Below, in pieces: positions 9,032 through 17,217 of a DNA stretch of 64,000 nt. The translations under genes and the position numbers were made by a program. Source of the stretch: a virus; the IMG/VR virus record IMGVR_UViG_3300032304_002285, positions 116,759-180,758 of that record. One strand, given 5' to 3'. Numbering within the stretch: position 1 is the first letter of the stretch; each line of letters begins with the position of its first letter. A model generated the notes under the pieces. The model searched no databases. It worked only from the letters and a program-made list of their open reading frames with translations, and was not told the DNA's origin.

Positions 9032-10010
9032 TGCCAAGGTAAAAAAAGGCAAACAAGGGAGTAGCGTCATGAGTAGCGTACTGGACAAGATTCGTCGGAT
9101 GAAGGAACGGGAACCGGTTCGGACTAACTTCAGTTCTTTCCGGGGTATCTTCCATTCTTGGAAAGATGCTGATAACATTGTCCGTCTGGTTGGGGAAATG
9201 ACTGAGGTTCATACTCACTATGTTTGTCCCAATCCGAAACGTGGGGAACGTGGGCTGTGCCAAGGCAAGTCTTTTCAGGGTGAAGGGAAGATTCCCGCTA
9301 CGGTGAATTGCCTTGATTGGGACATTGCCAAGGAAGAAATGAAGAAGGATCGTACTTGCCCCTTCTGCAAGCTTTCTGCTTTGGCAAAACAGGCTCTTAA
9401 GGAGAACCCCAACGCTGAAGAGAAGAAGTTCTTTGAGGCTCTTAAGCAGGCTTCTTATGCTCGTGTTGCTTTGAAGTGGAACATTATTGATCGTGATGAC
9501 CCGTATATCATCAAGGTTGATAATGGGAACGAAATCAAGGTCCCTGGTTTGAAGATTGCTACGGTTGGAAAGGAATTGTGGCGTGATATCGAAGGTGTCT
9601 TCAATCAGTGTGGTTTTGATATCACTGATACTGATGAAGGCATTGATATCTGTGTTACCAAGGGGAGTGGGGCTAAGACTACTTATGCAGCTAAGGCTGT
9701 ATTGTTTGGGAAGCCTCTTTCCGTCAAGGTTACTCCTTTGACTGCTGAAGAGCGTTCTTGGGATCTCCATGATTTGAAGACCATTTGTGGTAAGCAAACA
9801 GCTTTTGATTTGCTTATGGATGCACTCCATCCTGATCTTCGGGAGTTGCTGGATCTGAATTCTGGAGAGGAGGAAGCTGCTCCTGCTACTCCTCCTAAGT
9901 CTGCTGGGAAGATTCCCCGGAAGATGGCTGAAGAGGAAGAGCAAGATGATGCTCTTGGTGATGAGGATGAGGATGCAATTGGTGGTTCTTCGGGTGTAAA
10001 AAAAAAGTAA
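9009..10010 (+). CDS. gp32-like single-stranded DNA-binding protein (short form)
   Basis: HYVCP...CPFC Zn motifs, NIIDRD, DTDEGIDICVTKGSGAKTTY and acidic C-terminus; lies between UvsY-like gene and recA. Confidence 0.75.
   Translation: MRKNFKANAKVKKGKQGSSVMSSVLDKIRRMKEREPVRTNFSSFRGIFHSWKDADNIVRLVGEMTEVHTHYVCPNPKRGERGLCQGKSFQGEGKIPATVNCLDWDIAKEEMKKDRTCPFCKLSALAKQALKENPNAEEKKFFEALKQASYARVALKWNIIDRDDPYIIKVDNGNEIKVPGLKIATVGKELWRDIEGVFNQCGFDITDTDEGIDICVTKGSGAKTTYAAKAVLFGKPLSVKVTPLTAEERSWDLHDLKTICGKQTAFDLLMDALHPDLRELLDLNSGEEEAAPATPPKSAGKIPRKMAEEEEQDDALGDEDEDAIGGSSGVKKK
9998..10007 (+). promoter_or_regulatory. Slippery site (A9 run containing A-AAA-AAG) directly before the SSB stop
   Basis: GTA AAA AAA AAG TAA; the -1 frame stays open for 95 codons to TGA at 10292-10294. 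Confidence 0.55.
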
Positions 10011-10294
10011 CTGAGGTTCAGGAGAAAAAGCCGGAACCGTCAAGGCAGTCTCAGGTTGCTCCTGTAGAATCTAAGCCTGTTAAGCCAGTTTCGGCTCCTG
10101 TTTCCCAGCCAGAACCGGAGAAAGAGATTCCGGTTCTAAAGTCAGAGTCTTCTGCTAGCTCGAAATCGGCTCTTGATTTCTCAAACATTGATCCTGAAAA
10201 AGACTGGGAATGTTTTGGGACTTATGACAAGAAGAGTCATGAATGCAAAGAATGCCCATTTGCAGTTAAGTGCGAGCAGAAAAAAGGCGGTTGA
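10007..10294 (+). CDS. -1 frame C-terminal extension of SSB (Pro/Ser linker plus Cys4 domain)
   Basis: VTEVQEKKPEPS...DWECFGTYDKKSHECKECPFAVKCEQKKGG-stop; no in-frame ATG of its own; motif matches the N-terminus of ORF 4132. Confidence 0.7.
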   Translation, partial: VTEVQEKKPEPSRQSQVAPVESKPVKPVSAPVSQPEPEKEIPVLKSESSASSKSALDFSNIDPEKDWECFGTYDKKSHECKECPFAVKCEQKKGG

Positions 10295-10350
10295 GATAGA
10301 GGTTAAACCGGGGGATGGATTGTCCATCCCCTTTTTTAGGAGAGTGGTTT

Positions 10351-11526
10351 ATGGCTTCAAATATTCAGATGACTCCTGATCGGCAAAAGCGGTTTGAACG
10401 GTTGCGGAAGATTTGTGATACGATTAAGAAGGCTGAAAAAGCCCAGGATATTATTACCTTTTTGGGTTCTGGTGATACTATTCCTATTGCTCGTTTTTCT
10501 TCTGGTTGTCCCGAATTGGATTCTGCATTGGGAGGAGGTTGGCCAAAGGGGAGGTTTATTGAACTTTTTGGGCCTGAATCTGGCGGTAAATCCACTACCT
10601 GCTTGCATGCTATCGCTGAGTTCCAAAAAGATGCTCCGGATGAAGATGTTGCTTTGGTTGACACTGAGTTTTCATTTGATGAAGAGTATGCTAGGAATTT
10701 GGGTGTAGATACTGATTTGCTTCTTGTGAATCAGCCTGAAAGTGGTGAACAGGCTCTTAAGGTTGTTCGTCATTTGATTCAGCTTGGGGTTGGTCTTATC
10801 ATTGTCGATTCGGTTGCTGCTTTGACTCCTCAGGCTGAGCTTGATGGTGACATTGGCGATCAACATGTTGGGCAACAAGCTCGCTTGATGTCTCAAACAA
10901 TGCGAATTCTTTGCGCTGAGGCTGGTAAGCGGGGTACTACTATCTTTTGGACCAATCAGATGCGTGAAAAGATTGGTGTCATGTATGGGGATAAAACAAC
11001 AACTCCCGGTGGTAGAGCCTTGCGCCATTACGCTTCTATTCGGGTGAATATCTCTTCTATTTCAAAAGAGAAGGATGGAGAGATTATTGTTGGGAGCAAG
11101 GTTCAGGCAGATGTAAAGAAGAACAAGACTGCTGCTCCTTTCAAGAAGGCTATCTTCTACATTTCCTTTGGAACAGGAATTGATCGGGTTGCTGCTATTT
11201 GCGATAAGGCAATTGCGATTAAGGTTGTTACAAAGAGAGGGGCAAAAATCTCTTATAAGGATCAAGTTGTTGGAGCAGGCAGAAAAGACTTCATTGATTT
11301 TGCTAAGAAAACCCCACAATTCTTTGCAGAATTGGAGGAGGCTGTAAAAAATGCTCCTAAAGATCCGGTAGATGCTTTGGAGGCAGAGGAAGGGGAATCT
11401 GCTGTTGCTATCAAAAAGCCAAAGGGGATGATTAAGAGAACCCCTGTGACTTCTTTAGAGGAGGCTCTTCCCGATGGTAGCGTTAAACAAGTAGATGCGG
11501 AATTGGTGGAGGAACAAGATGCCTGA
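10351..11526 (+). CDS. recA: RecA recombinase
   Basis: GPESGGKST, IIVDSVAAL, QARLMSQ, NQMREKIGVMYG and TTPGGRALR. Confidence 0.97.
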   Translation: MASNIQMTPDRQKRFERLRKICDTIKKAEKAQDIITFLGSGDTIPIARFSSGCPELDSALGGGWPKGRFIELFGPESGGKSTTCLHAIAEFQKDAPDEDVALVDTEFSFDEEYARNLGVDTDLLLVNQPESGEQALKVVRHLIQLGVGLIIVDSVAALTPQAELDGDIGDQHVGQQARLMSQTMRILCAEAGKRGTTIFWTNQMREKIGVMYGDKTTTPGGRALRHYASIRVNISSISKEKDGEIIVGSKVQADVKKNKTAAPFKKAIFYISFGTGIDRVAAICDKAIAIKVVTKRGAKISYKDQVVGAGRKDFIDFAKKTPQFFAELEEAVKNAPKDPVDALEAEEGESAVAIKKPKGMIKRTPVTSLEEALPDGSVKQVDAELVEEQDA

Positions 11527-12454
11527 TGGTAAGCCAAAGCTTCTCTTGATTGATGGGAACAACCTTAGCCATCGTTCTTATTGGGCTCATAAGGAGCTTA
11601 GTTATAATGGAAGATGTACGGGGTTGTTGTATGGATTCTTTAGGGCTTTGATTTCCTTACACAAGGAGTTTCCTGATCACTTTCGGGTTATTGCTTGGGA
11701 TAGAGGATATCAACGCCGACTAGATGAATCCACTAAGGCTGTTGAAGCGGGGTTGATTCCTTCTGCTTACAAAGCCAATCGGAGAAGCACGGCTGAGCTT
11801 TCGGCTCAAGACCCTGACAAGGCTCAAATCCTTGAAGAAATTCATGAGCAAATGGATGAGATGAAGGATGCTTTGAACCTTGTCAGGTGTCTTCAGGTTG
11901 GCATTGATGGGGCAGAAGGTGATGATGTTATTTATACCTATGCAAAACAAAATCAGGCAAATGGAGGAGACACTGTTATTGTTTCTTCAGATCATGATTT
12001 TATGCAGGTTATAGATGACAATGTTATTGTTTATGATGCCATGAAACAAGAGCGTTGGACCAAAGAGAGATTCAAGCTTGAGTTTCAATTTGATCCAAGT
12101 CTTTGGGTTGATCTTGGTGCCTTGGAGGGGGAACAGGGACCAACCAAGGATAATATTTTTGGTTGTGAGGGATGGGGTCCTGTAACTTCTTGTAAGTATG
12201 TTCGTGAGCATGGCAGTTTGGAAAACATAATTGAAGCCATTAAGGCTAAGCCTAAAAAATCCAAAAAGGAACAGGTTCTTTTGGATAGTATTCCAAGAGT
12301 GATGCTAGCCAAATCATTGAAACAAATGGATATTCTTCCTTATGTTCCAAAGCCTAGGGTTTTGAAAACTTATGATCCGAAAGAATTGGAGAAGTATTTT
12401 ATTACATTTAGGTTTGTTAGTATTCTCAAAGATGTTTGGAGATTAATAAAGTAA
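11519..12454 (+). CDS. 5'-3' exonuclease / flap endonuclease (Pol I N-terminal, T4 RNase H-like)
   Basis: LLLIDGNN, YKANR, EGDDVI, SSDHDFMQ and DNIFGCEGWG. Confidence 0.92.
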   Translation: MPDGKPKLLLIDGNNLSHRSYWAHKELSYNGRCTGLLYGFFRALISLHKEFPDHFRVIAWDRGYQRRLDESTKAVEAGLIPSAYKANRRSTAELSAQDPDKAQILEEIHEQMDEMKDALNLVRCLQVGIDGAEGDDVIYTYAKQNQANGGDTVIVSSDHDFMQVIDDNVIVYDAMKQERWTKERFKLEFQFDPSLWVDLGALEGEQGPTKDNIFGCEGWGPVTSCKYVREHGSLENIIEAIKAKPKKSKKEQVLLDSIPRVMLAKSLKQMDILPYVPKPRVLKTYDPKELEKYFITFRFVSILKDVWRLIK

Positions 12455-12468
12455 ACGGAGAGGTGAAA

Positions 12469-13047
12469 ATGATCACTACAGCTTTTCGTGTTGGAATAAC
12501 AGGTGCAGCGGGTACCGGAAAAAGTTCTCTTGCTAAGTGCTTGAGCGAGAAAATAGGAATTGGCTTGATTGAGGCAAAGTCAATTACAAAAGAGATTCTT
12601 ATTAGAGATTGCTATGACTATTGTTCGGGGATTCAGATTGAAAGGTTCTTAGCCAGCCCAGATAGGCAGAAAGAGATTCTTGATAAGACGATCAATACTC
12701 TTACGGTTGGTTCTCCTTGGGTAACAGATAGGACGTTGATTGATCTTGCGGCTTATGCTGTTAATGAGTTGCATGACATTGATACTGCTCTTCTTCGGAA
12801 AATCTTCTTTGCTTGTAAGAAGCATGCTTCTATCTATACTCATATTTTCCTTTGCCCCTGGATGGATGTTCCTCTTGAGAACAACAAGAAGAGGACTTTG
12901 AATCCCTGGTATCAATTTCAAATTCATGCCTTAGAGAAGGGGATAATGGAGGACTGGGGAATTAAGTATCACATTTTGAAAACGAGTGATACTGCTTCTC
13001 GAATTGAGGAGATAATTGATGTAATCGGGCTGAAAACTAAGTCTTAA
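12469..13047 (+). CDS. P-loop nucleotide kinase-like protein (dNMP kinase / NadR-type)
   Basis: GAAGTGKS Walker A; VTDRTLID. Confidence 0.65.
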   Translation: MITTAFRVGITGAAGTGKSSLAKCLSEKIGIGLIEAKSITKEILIRDCYDYCSGIQIERFLASPDRQKEILDKTINTLTVGSPWVTDRTLIDLAAYAVNELHDIDTALLRKIFFACKKHASIYTHIFLCPWMDVPLENNKKRTLNPWYQFQIHALEKGIMEDWGIKYHILKTSDTASRIEEIIDVIGLKTKS

Positions 13048-13075
13048 GAAAAAATTTATATTTTTTCTTTCGGTA

Positions 13076-13240
13076 ATGAAAAACAATGATAACAAACATG
13101 AGTTTGGTTCTCCACTGAGGACTAGGAGGGATTACGGTTCTCCTGGTTCTGGGTTAGGCTTGCTTGCCAAGGACTTATTGAAAGTGGCAAGACTCCTCTT
13201 GTGTGGGAAGAAGAAGAGGGGTCCGGGTAGGGCTCGATAA
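13076..13240 (+). CDS. Possible 54-aa basic peptide (not in the ORF track)
   Basis: MKNNDNKHEFGSPLRTRRDYGSPGSGLGLLAKDLLKVARLLLCGKKKRGPGRAR-stop; no SD; region also folds into hairpins. Confidence 0.45.
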   Translation: MKNNDNKHEFGSPLRTRRDYGSPGSGLGLLAKDLLKVARLLLCGKKKRGPGRAR

Positions 13241-13264
13241 AGAGAGTCCAATCCCTTTATATAG

Positions 13265-13300
13265 ACCCGCAGGTAAAAAGCCTGCGGGTTTCTTTTTTTT
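13265..13300 (+). terminator. Rho-independent terminator
   Basis: ACCCGCAGG/CCTGCGGGT stem, 7-nt loop, T-tract. Confidence 0.9.
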
Positions 13301-13307
13301 CAGAAGG

Positions 13308-13339
13308 TTTGGATTTCTGACTTCTCTGGGTAATACATA
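13308..13339 (+). promoter_or_regulatory. Promoter candidate TTTGGATTT-N12-GGGTAATACAT
   Basis: Same elements and spacing at 37514-37545; both copies are intergenic, upstream of a gene. Confidence 0.65.
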
Positions 13340-13381
13340 GACGTAAACAAGATTGAGCGGACCATCAAGGGAGATTGAGAA

Positions 13382-13879
13382 ATGGAAAAGCCTTATTTGA
13401 TTCAGCGGTGTTTGTTGCGCAAGCAGCAGGGACAGAAGCCGGGGTTTGATTCAAAATTCCAGCTTGATTATATGGGCAGTGCTGAGTTTGAATTCGGCTC
13501 GGTTCCGAAGTCTTTGAAGAATTTTACCAAGAACCTTGAAAGCCTTAAGATCTTTCAGGCTGGGGTTATGGACTACAAAGGGCAGGGTTTGTGGGTGGTT
13601 TGCATTCCTGAGGTTTGGGAGAAGTACAAAGAGTACATTCCTCTTTTGGTTTCTGGAAACATTCGACTGAAAGAGGTGTCATATCTTCCAGAAGCGACTC
13701 TTGGTAAGGACTTTCGGGGGAAACCCTTGGACCCATGCTATAACAAGGCAGATTTGTGGTGGGATATTGAGAATAACGTGATGATGGCATATGGTAAGGA
13801 CGTTATTAAACTCGCAATGAAAGCCATTCAAGAGGTCCGGGAAGCCAAGAAGGCTCAGGATGCTAAGGACTGGCTTTAA
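13382..13879 (+). CDS. Hypothetical phage protein
   Basis: 165 aa; GGGAG SD; LDYMGSAEFEFG motif. Confidence 0.65.
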   Translation: MEKPYLIQRCLLRKQQGQKPGFDSKFQLDYMGSAEFEFGSVPKSLKNFTKNLESLKIFQAGVMDYKGQGLWVVCIPEVWEKYKEYIPLLVSGNIRLKEVSYLPEATLGKDFRGKPLDPCYNKADLWWDIENNVMMAYGKDVIKLAMKAIQEVREAKKAQDAKDWL

Positions 13880-13894
13880 GACTGAAAGAAGAGC

Positions 13895-14824
13895 ATGAAC
13901 ACCAAATTCCTATTCTTTACAGATCCTCATGTGACGGCTGTTGCCCCTATTCACCGGGTTGATGACTACAGCCAATCAATCCTCTCTAAGATAAGAGAGG
14001 CTTACGAAATGGCTGCTTCTCAGAATTGTGAGTTTGTGGTGCTTGGGGGTGATCTCTTCAATGTTCATCGTCTTTTTTCTTATGAGTTGATCAATGATTT
14101 GATGGAAATCATTTGCGATTCTGGTTTAAACACTTATGCTGTTGTTGGGCAACACGATATCCATGGGTACAATCCAGAAACCTTCAAGTCTTCTACGTTG
14201 GCTTTTGTGACAAAGCATTGTAGCCGGTTGAACATTCTTTGGGAACCTACAGAGGTTAAGGCGGGGGTTTTCCTTTATCCTTCTCATGTGTGGGAGGATG
14301 TCAATCTTGCTCTGAATCCGGCTGGCCTAAATCCGGCGAACGTGAATATTCTTGTTGCTCATCATTTGATTACGGATCAGAAGAAGATGTTTGATACTGT
14401 CTCAACGTCTCTCTTTAAAGATGGACCTTATGATGTTGTGGTGAGTGGGGATTTACATTGTGGTTTCGAGCCTCATCAGCTTAATGGGCATTGGTTTTGC
14501 AATCCTGGCTCTTTGGCTAGGCGAGCCAGTGATGAGGCGGATAGGGTCCCGATGGTTGCTGTGATCGGGATTGAAAAGGGTAAAAGGACTTCTGTTGACC
14601 AATATCCCTTGTCTGTGGCAAAGCCGGGTGGGGAGGTTTTTGGTCAAGAGGCTATGGCGATTATCAACAAAGCCAAGGAAGATTTTGACCCGACAAAGTT
14701 TTTGGAGAACGTGGACAAGTTTGAGATGGACGTGGCTGATATTCATGAATTGATCCAGAAAGTAGGGGGAAAGGAAAAGATCGAACCAAGGGTTTTGGCT
14801 TATTTAGCCTCCAAGAAAACCTGA
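13895..14824 (+). CDS. sbcD: Mre11/SbcD (gp47-like) metallophosphoesterase nuclease
   Basis: FTDPH, GGDLF, GQHD, VAHH, SGDLH and NPGSL. Confidence 0.85.
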   Translation: MNTKFLFFTDPHVTAVAPIHRVDDYSQSILSKIREAYEMAASQNCEFVVLGGDLFNVHRLFSYELINDLMEIICDSGLNTYAVVGQHDIHGYNPETFKSSTLAFVTKHCSRLNILWEPTEVKAGVFLYPSHVWEDVNLALNPAGLNPANVNILVAHHLITDQKKMFDTVSTSLFKDGPYDVVVSGDLHCGFEPHQLNGHWFCNPGSLARRASDEADRVPMVAVIGIEKGKRTSVDQYPLSVAKPGGEVFGQEAMAIINKAKEDFDPTKFLENVDKFEMDVADIHELIQKVGGKEKIEPRVLAYLASKKT

Positions 14825-14859
14825 TTCTTGGCGGTTGAGAGTGTAAAAGGGAATTTCCG

Positions 14860-14867
14860 GGTATAAT
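14860..14867 (+). promoter_or_regulatory. GGTATAAT promoter candidate
   Basis: Intergenic, 50 nt upstream of ATG 14918. Confidence 0.55.
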
Positions 14868-14917
14868 GTTTGTGGTAACGAGAAAAGACGAAAACGAAAA
14901 AAAGAAAGAGAAGACAA

Positions 14918-16180
14918 ATGAATGACAAGGATGAAGTGCTGGGGACTGAGAGTGGGATTCCGAGTGAGGTTCTTGGGGGTCAAGAACCGGAAGGCAAAGA
15001 GCAGGGGGATGGAATGAAAATCGAAGTGGTGGAAGAAAAGAAGAAGCGGGGACGGAAGCCGGGGCAGAAGGCGGGAATGAAGGTTGGGGCTGATGGCAAG
15101 ACCTTCCATGACGAAAAGAAGGAAGGAGCCAAGCGGGGACGGAAGCCCAAGGAGAAGAAGGAGAAGGCTGAAAAGGACTCTCTGGAAGCCATCGTCAAGA
15201 AGATGATTTCCAAGGCAGGGTTGCAAGAACTTCCTCCCCTGCGGACCATCCTGGCCGGGAAGGTTGGTACCAATGTCCGGATCTGTGACATTGGCATCTT
15301 CATCGGGGAAAAGGAAAACCTTCCTAAGGCTCTTCAACAAATTGCTGAGAAGTGTACTCTCAAGAATCGGATCAACCTCAGTGCAGAGATTGATCTGAAT
15401 AACGTGTTCAAGGTGTCTCAGGACATTTTGATCCCTGGACAGATGTTCCAGCCAATTACTGTGGCTCGGGTGGAGGATGGCGCAATCGAATGCACCTCTG
15501 GTCGGCATCGGTTGGCGTTTCTGGCCATGGCTTATGGTCCGGAAGCTGAGGTTCCTGTCTATATCGAGGATATGGACTTGAATACGGCTCGGGATGCTGT
15601 GGTTTATTCCAATCAGGCTCGGAAGATTGCTGCTCAGGAACGTGCTGAGCATGCGGTTATGGCTGCTCTTGGTGGCAATGTCGAAGCGGATCAAGAGGAG
15701 CTTTATCAAAAGCTGATCAAGACCCGAAAGAATGGTATTTCCAACTACTGTGTCTATTCGGTTATTGATCGCCATAATCCTGCCAAGTTTGATTTCCCGG
15801 TTTCGTCTGCCAAGACTCGTCGGGGTGGTGAGTTGACCACTCTTGCCAATATCCAGAAGTATTGGAAGGCGGCTCTTTTCTGGCAAGATGGGATGGATCG
15901 TCGGGATTTTGATGCTTCCTTGAAGGATTCGGTGGAATTCCTGAATGCCTTGGTTAAGGAGCTTCAGGCGGTTCAGGGATTTAAGCCAGAGGTTCAGCTT
16001 TCGGAAAAGAGCATGATTGCTGCTGGCAAGTATTACAACAGTTTTATTGGGTTCTCTACCAGTAGTCCCCTTACGATTGTCAAGAAGCTTGCTGGTGTCA
16101 TGGTGAATGTTATCCAAGATGGTCATGGACGATCTGGGACTATCTTCCAGGATGTTACTAAGGGGATGAAACAGCCTTAA
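14918..16180 (+). CDS. ParB-like/DGQHR-type domain protein with two N-terminal AT-hook-like KRGRKP motifs
   Basis: QPITVA...ECTSGRHRLAFL...YSNQARK; KKRGRKP and AKRGRKP; higher GC than its neighbours. Confidence 0.6.
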   Translation: MNDKDEVLGTESGIPSEVLGGQEPEGKEQGDGMKIEVVEEKKKRGRKPGQKAGMKVGADGKTFHDEKKEGAKRGRKPKEKKEKAEKDSLEAIVKKMISKAGLQELPPLRTILAGKVGTNVRICDIGIFIGEKENLPKALQQIAEKCTLKNRINLSAEIDLNNVFKVSQDILIPGQMFQPITVARVEDGAIECTSGRHRLAFLAMAYGPEAEVPVYIEDMDLNTARDAVVYSNQARKIAAQERAEHAVMAALGGNVEADQEELYQKLIKTRKNGISNYCVYSVIDRHNPAKFDFPVSSAKTRRGGELTTLANIQKYWKAALFWQDGMDRRDFDASLKDSVEFLNALVKELQAVQGFKPEVQLSEKSMIAAGKYYNSFIGFSTSSPLTIVKKLAGVMVNVIQDGHGRSGTIFQDVTKGMKQP

Positions 16181-17217
16181 TGGTTCTGTACGGACATGAT
16201 CCTGTAAAGGGTTATCTGTTCGTATGGGAAAAAGAGTTCAAATTTGCCGGAAGGGTTAATCCCCCTTCCGGCAATTCTTTTCTCATACAGAATAGAGTTT
16301 TAGACTCACTGAGGGGAGCTTATTTCCTTTCTGGCAATAGAAAGCCAGTAAAGGTAATTTGGCTTTCCAAGGATGGGTCTTTTCCTTTTTGGTGTTGCTT
16401 GGGGGAAGAAGGTATTTGTTGTGCAGTAATAGATAACTTTGTTGTACATCCAACTGAATTGATTATCGTGTGTGGACCTAGCGTAGCAGATAGTTATTTG
16501 GTTTCTGTTGTTTGTAATCATTTCCCTAATAATCCTCTTTATGTCTGTCCCGTTGTAGAAGAGCTTCCATCCTTTGGATTTTTGGCCAATGAACTTATTA
16601 AGCAGGGGAAAGAATATCCAAGAAGGATAAGTTTCTCTAATCCTGTGACTGGAGATATTGAAGGGTCTTATTGCTATCCGTATGAAGAGAGTATGGAGAA
16701 TGACGCTTTCGGGAAGATGGCTTTTTCAGTTTCTAAAGACGTTGTTGTTTACAATGAAATGTTTACGGGGTTGGGCTTGTCTCCTTTTTATGGAAGAGGC
16801 TTGAGCAATAAGCCGATTTCGCCAGAAACCGTTTATATCTTAAATGAAGACATTGTTGATGATCTTTTGCCTCTGGTTCCGATATCTTTAAAGAATTATG
16901 CTGCGAAGACGGTACCTGTTGACGTTGTAGTGCCTGATGATTTTAGGAGGAAGACGGATTGCCAAGGAAAAAGGGCAAGGATTTTTGTTGCTAATGATTC
17001 CCTTTTTGGGGTTGGCGTTTTCATGAAGTTTTATGGAGCATTGACGAAATTGGGCTATGTCTGTTCTGGAGAAATTTCTGAGGGATTCCAGGGTAGTTTG
17101 TCCGTTTACCGATATAATAAGATGTATGAAGTTTCTTCGGGCTATCACAAGGAGATTCTATGTCCTCTCTCAAAGAATTGTATTCAATTGCCAATGTCTC
17201 AGACAAAGAGCGAGTAG
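16180..17217 (+). CDS. Hypothetical protein
   Basis: 345-aa ORF coupled to its neighbours. Confidence 0.55.
   Translation: MVLYGHDPVKGYLFVWEKEFKFAGRVNPPSGNSFLIQNRVLDSLRGAYFLSGNRKPVKVIWLSKDGSFPFWCCLGEEGICCAVIDNFVVHPTELIIVCGPSVADSYLVSVVCNHFPNNPLYVCPVVEELPSFGFLANELIKQGKEYPRRISFSNPVTGDIEGSYCYPYEESMENDAFGKMAFSVSKDVVVYNEMFTGLGLSPFYGRGLSNKPISPETVYILNEDIVDDLLPLVPISLKNYAAKTVPVDVVVPDDFRRKTDCQGKRARIFVANDSLFGVGVFMKFYGALTKLGYVCSGEISEGFQGSLSVYRYNKMYEVSSGYHKEILCPLSKNCIQLPMSQTKSE

Noticed and set aside
8997-10043. 348-aa minus-strand ORF, and the other minus-strand ORFs in the track
   Set aside because: All overlap well-supported + strand genes and lack motifs or RBS; explained by strand-biased codon usage.
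10173-10379. 68-aa + strand ORF upstream of recA
   Set aside because: Overlaps the better-supported -1 frame SSB extension and the recA start; no motif.
14804-16126. 440-aa minus-strand ORF
   Set aside because: Antisense shadow of the ParB-like gene; no recognisable motif; Leu/Ile/Pro-rich composition typical of reverse-read codons.
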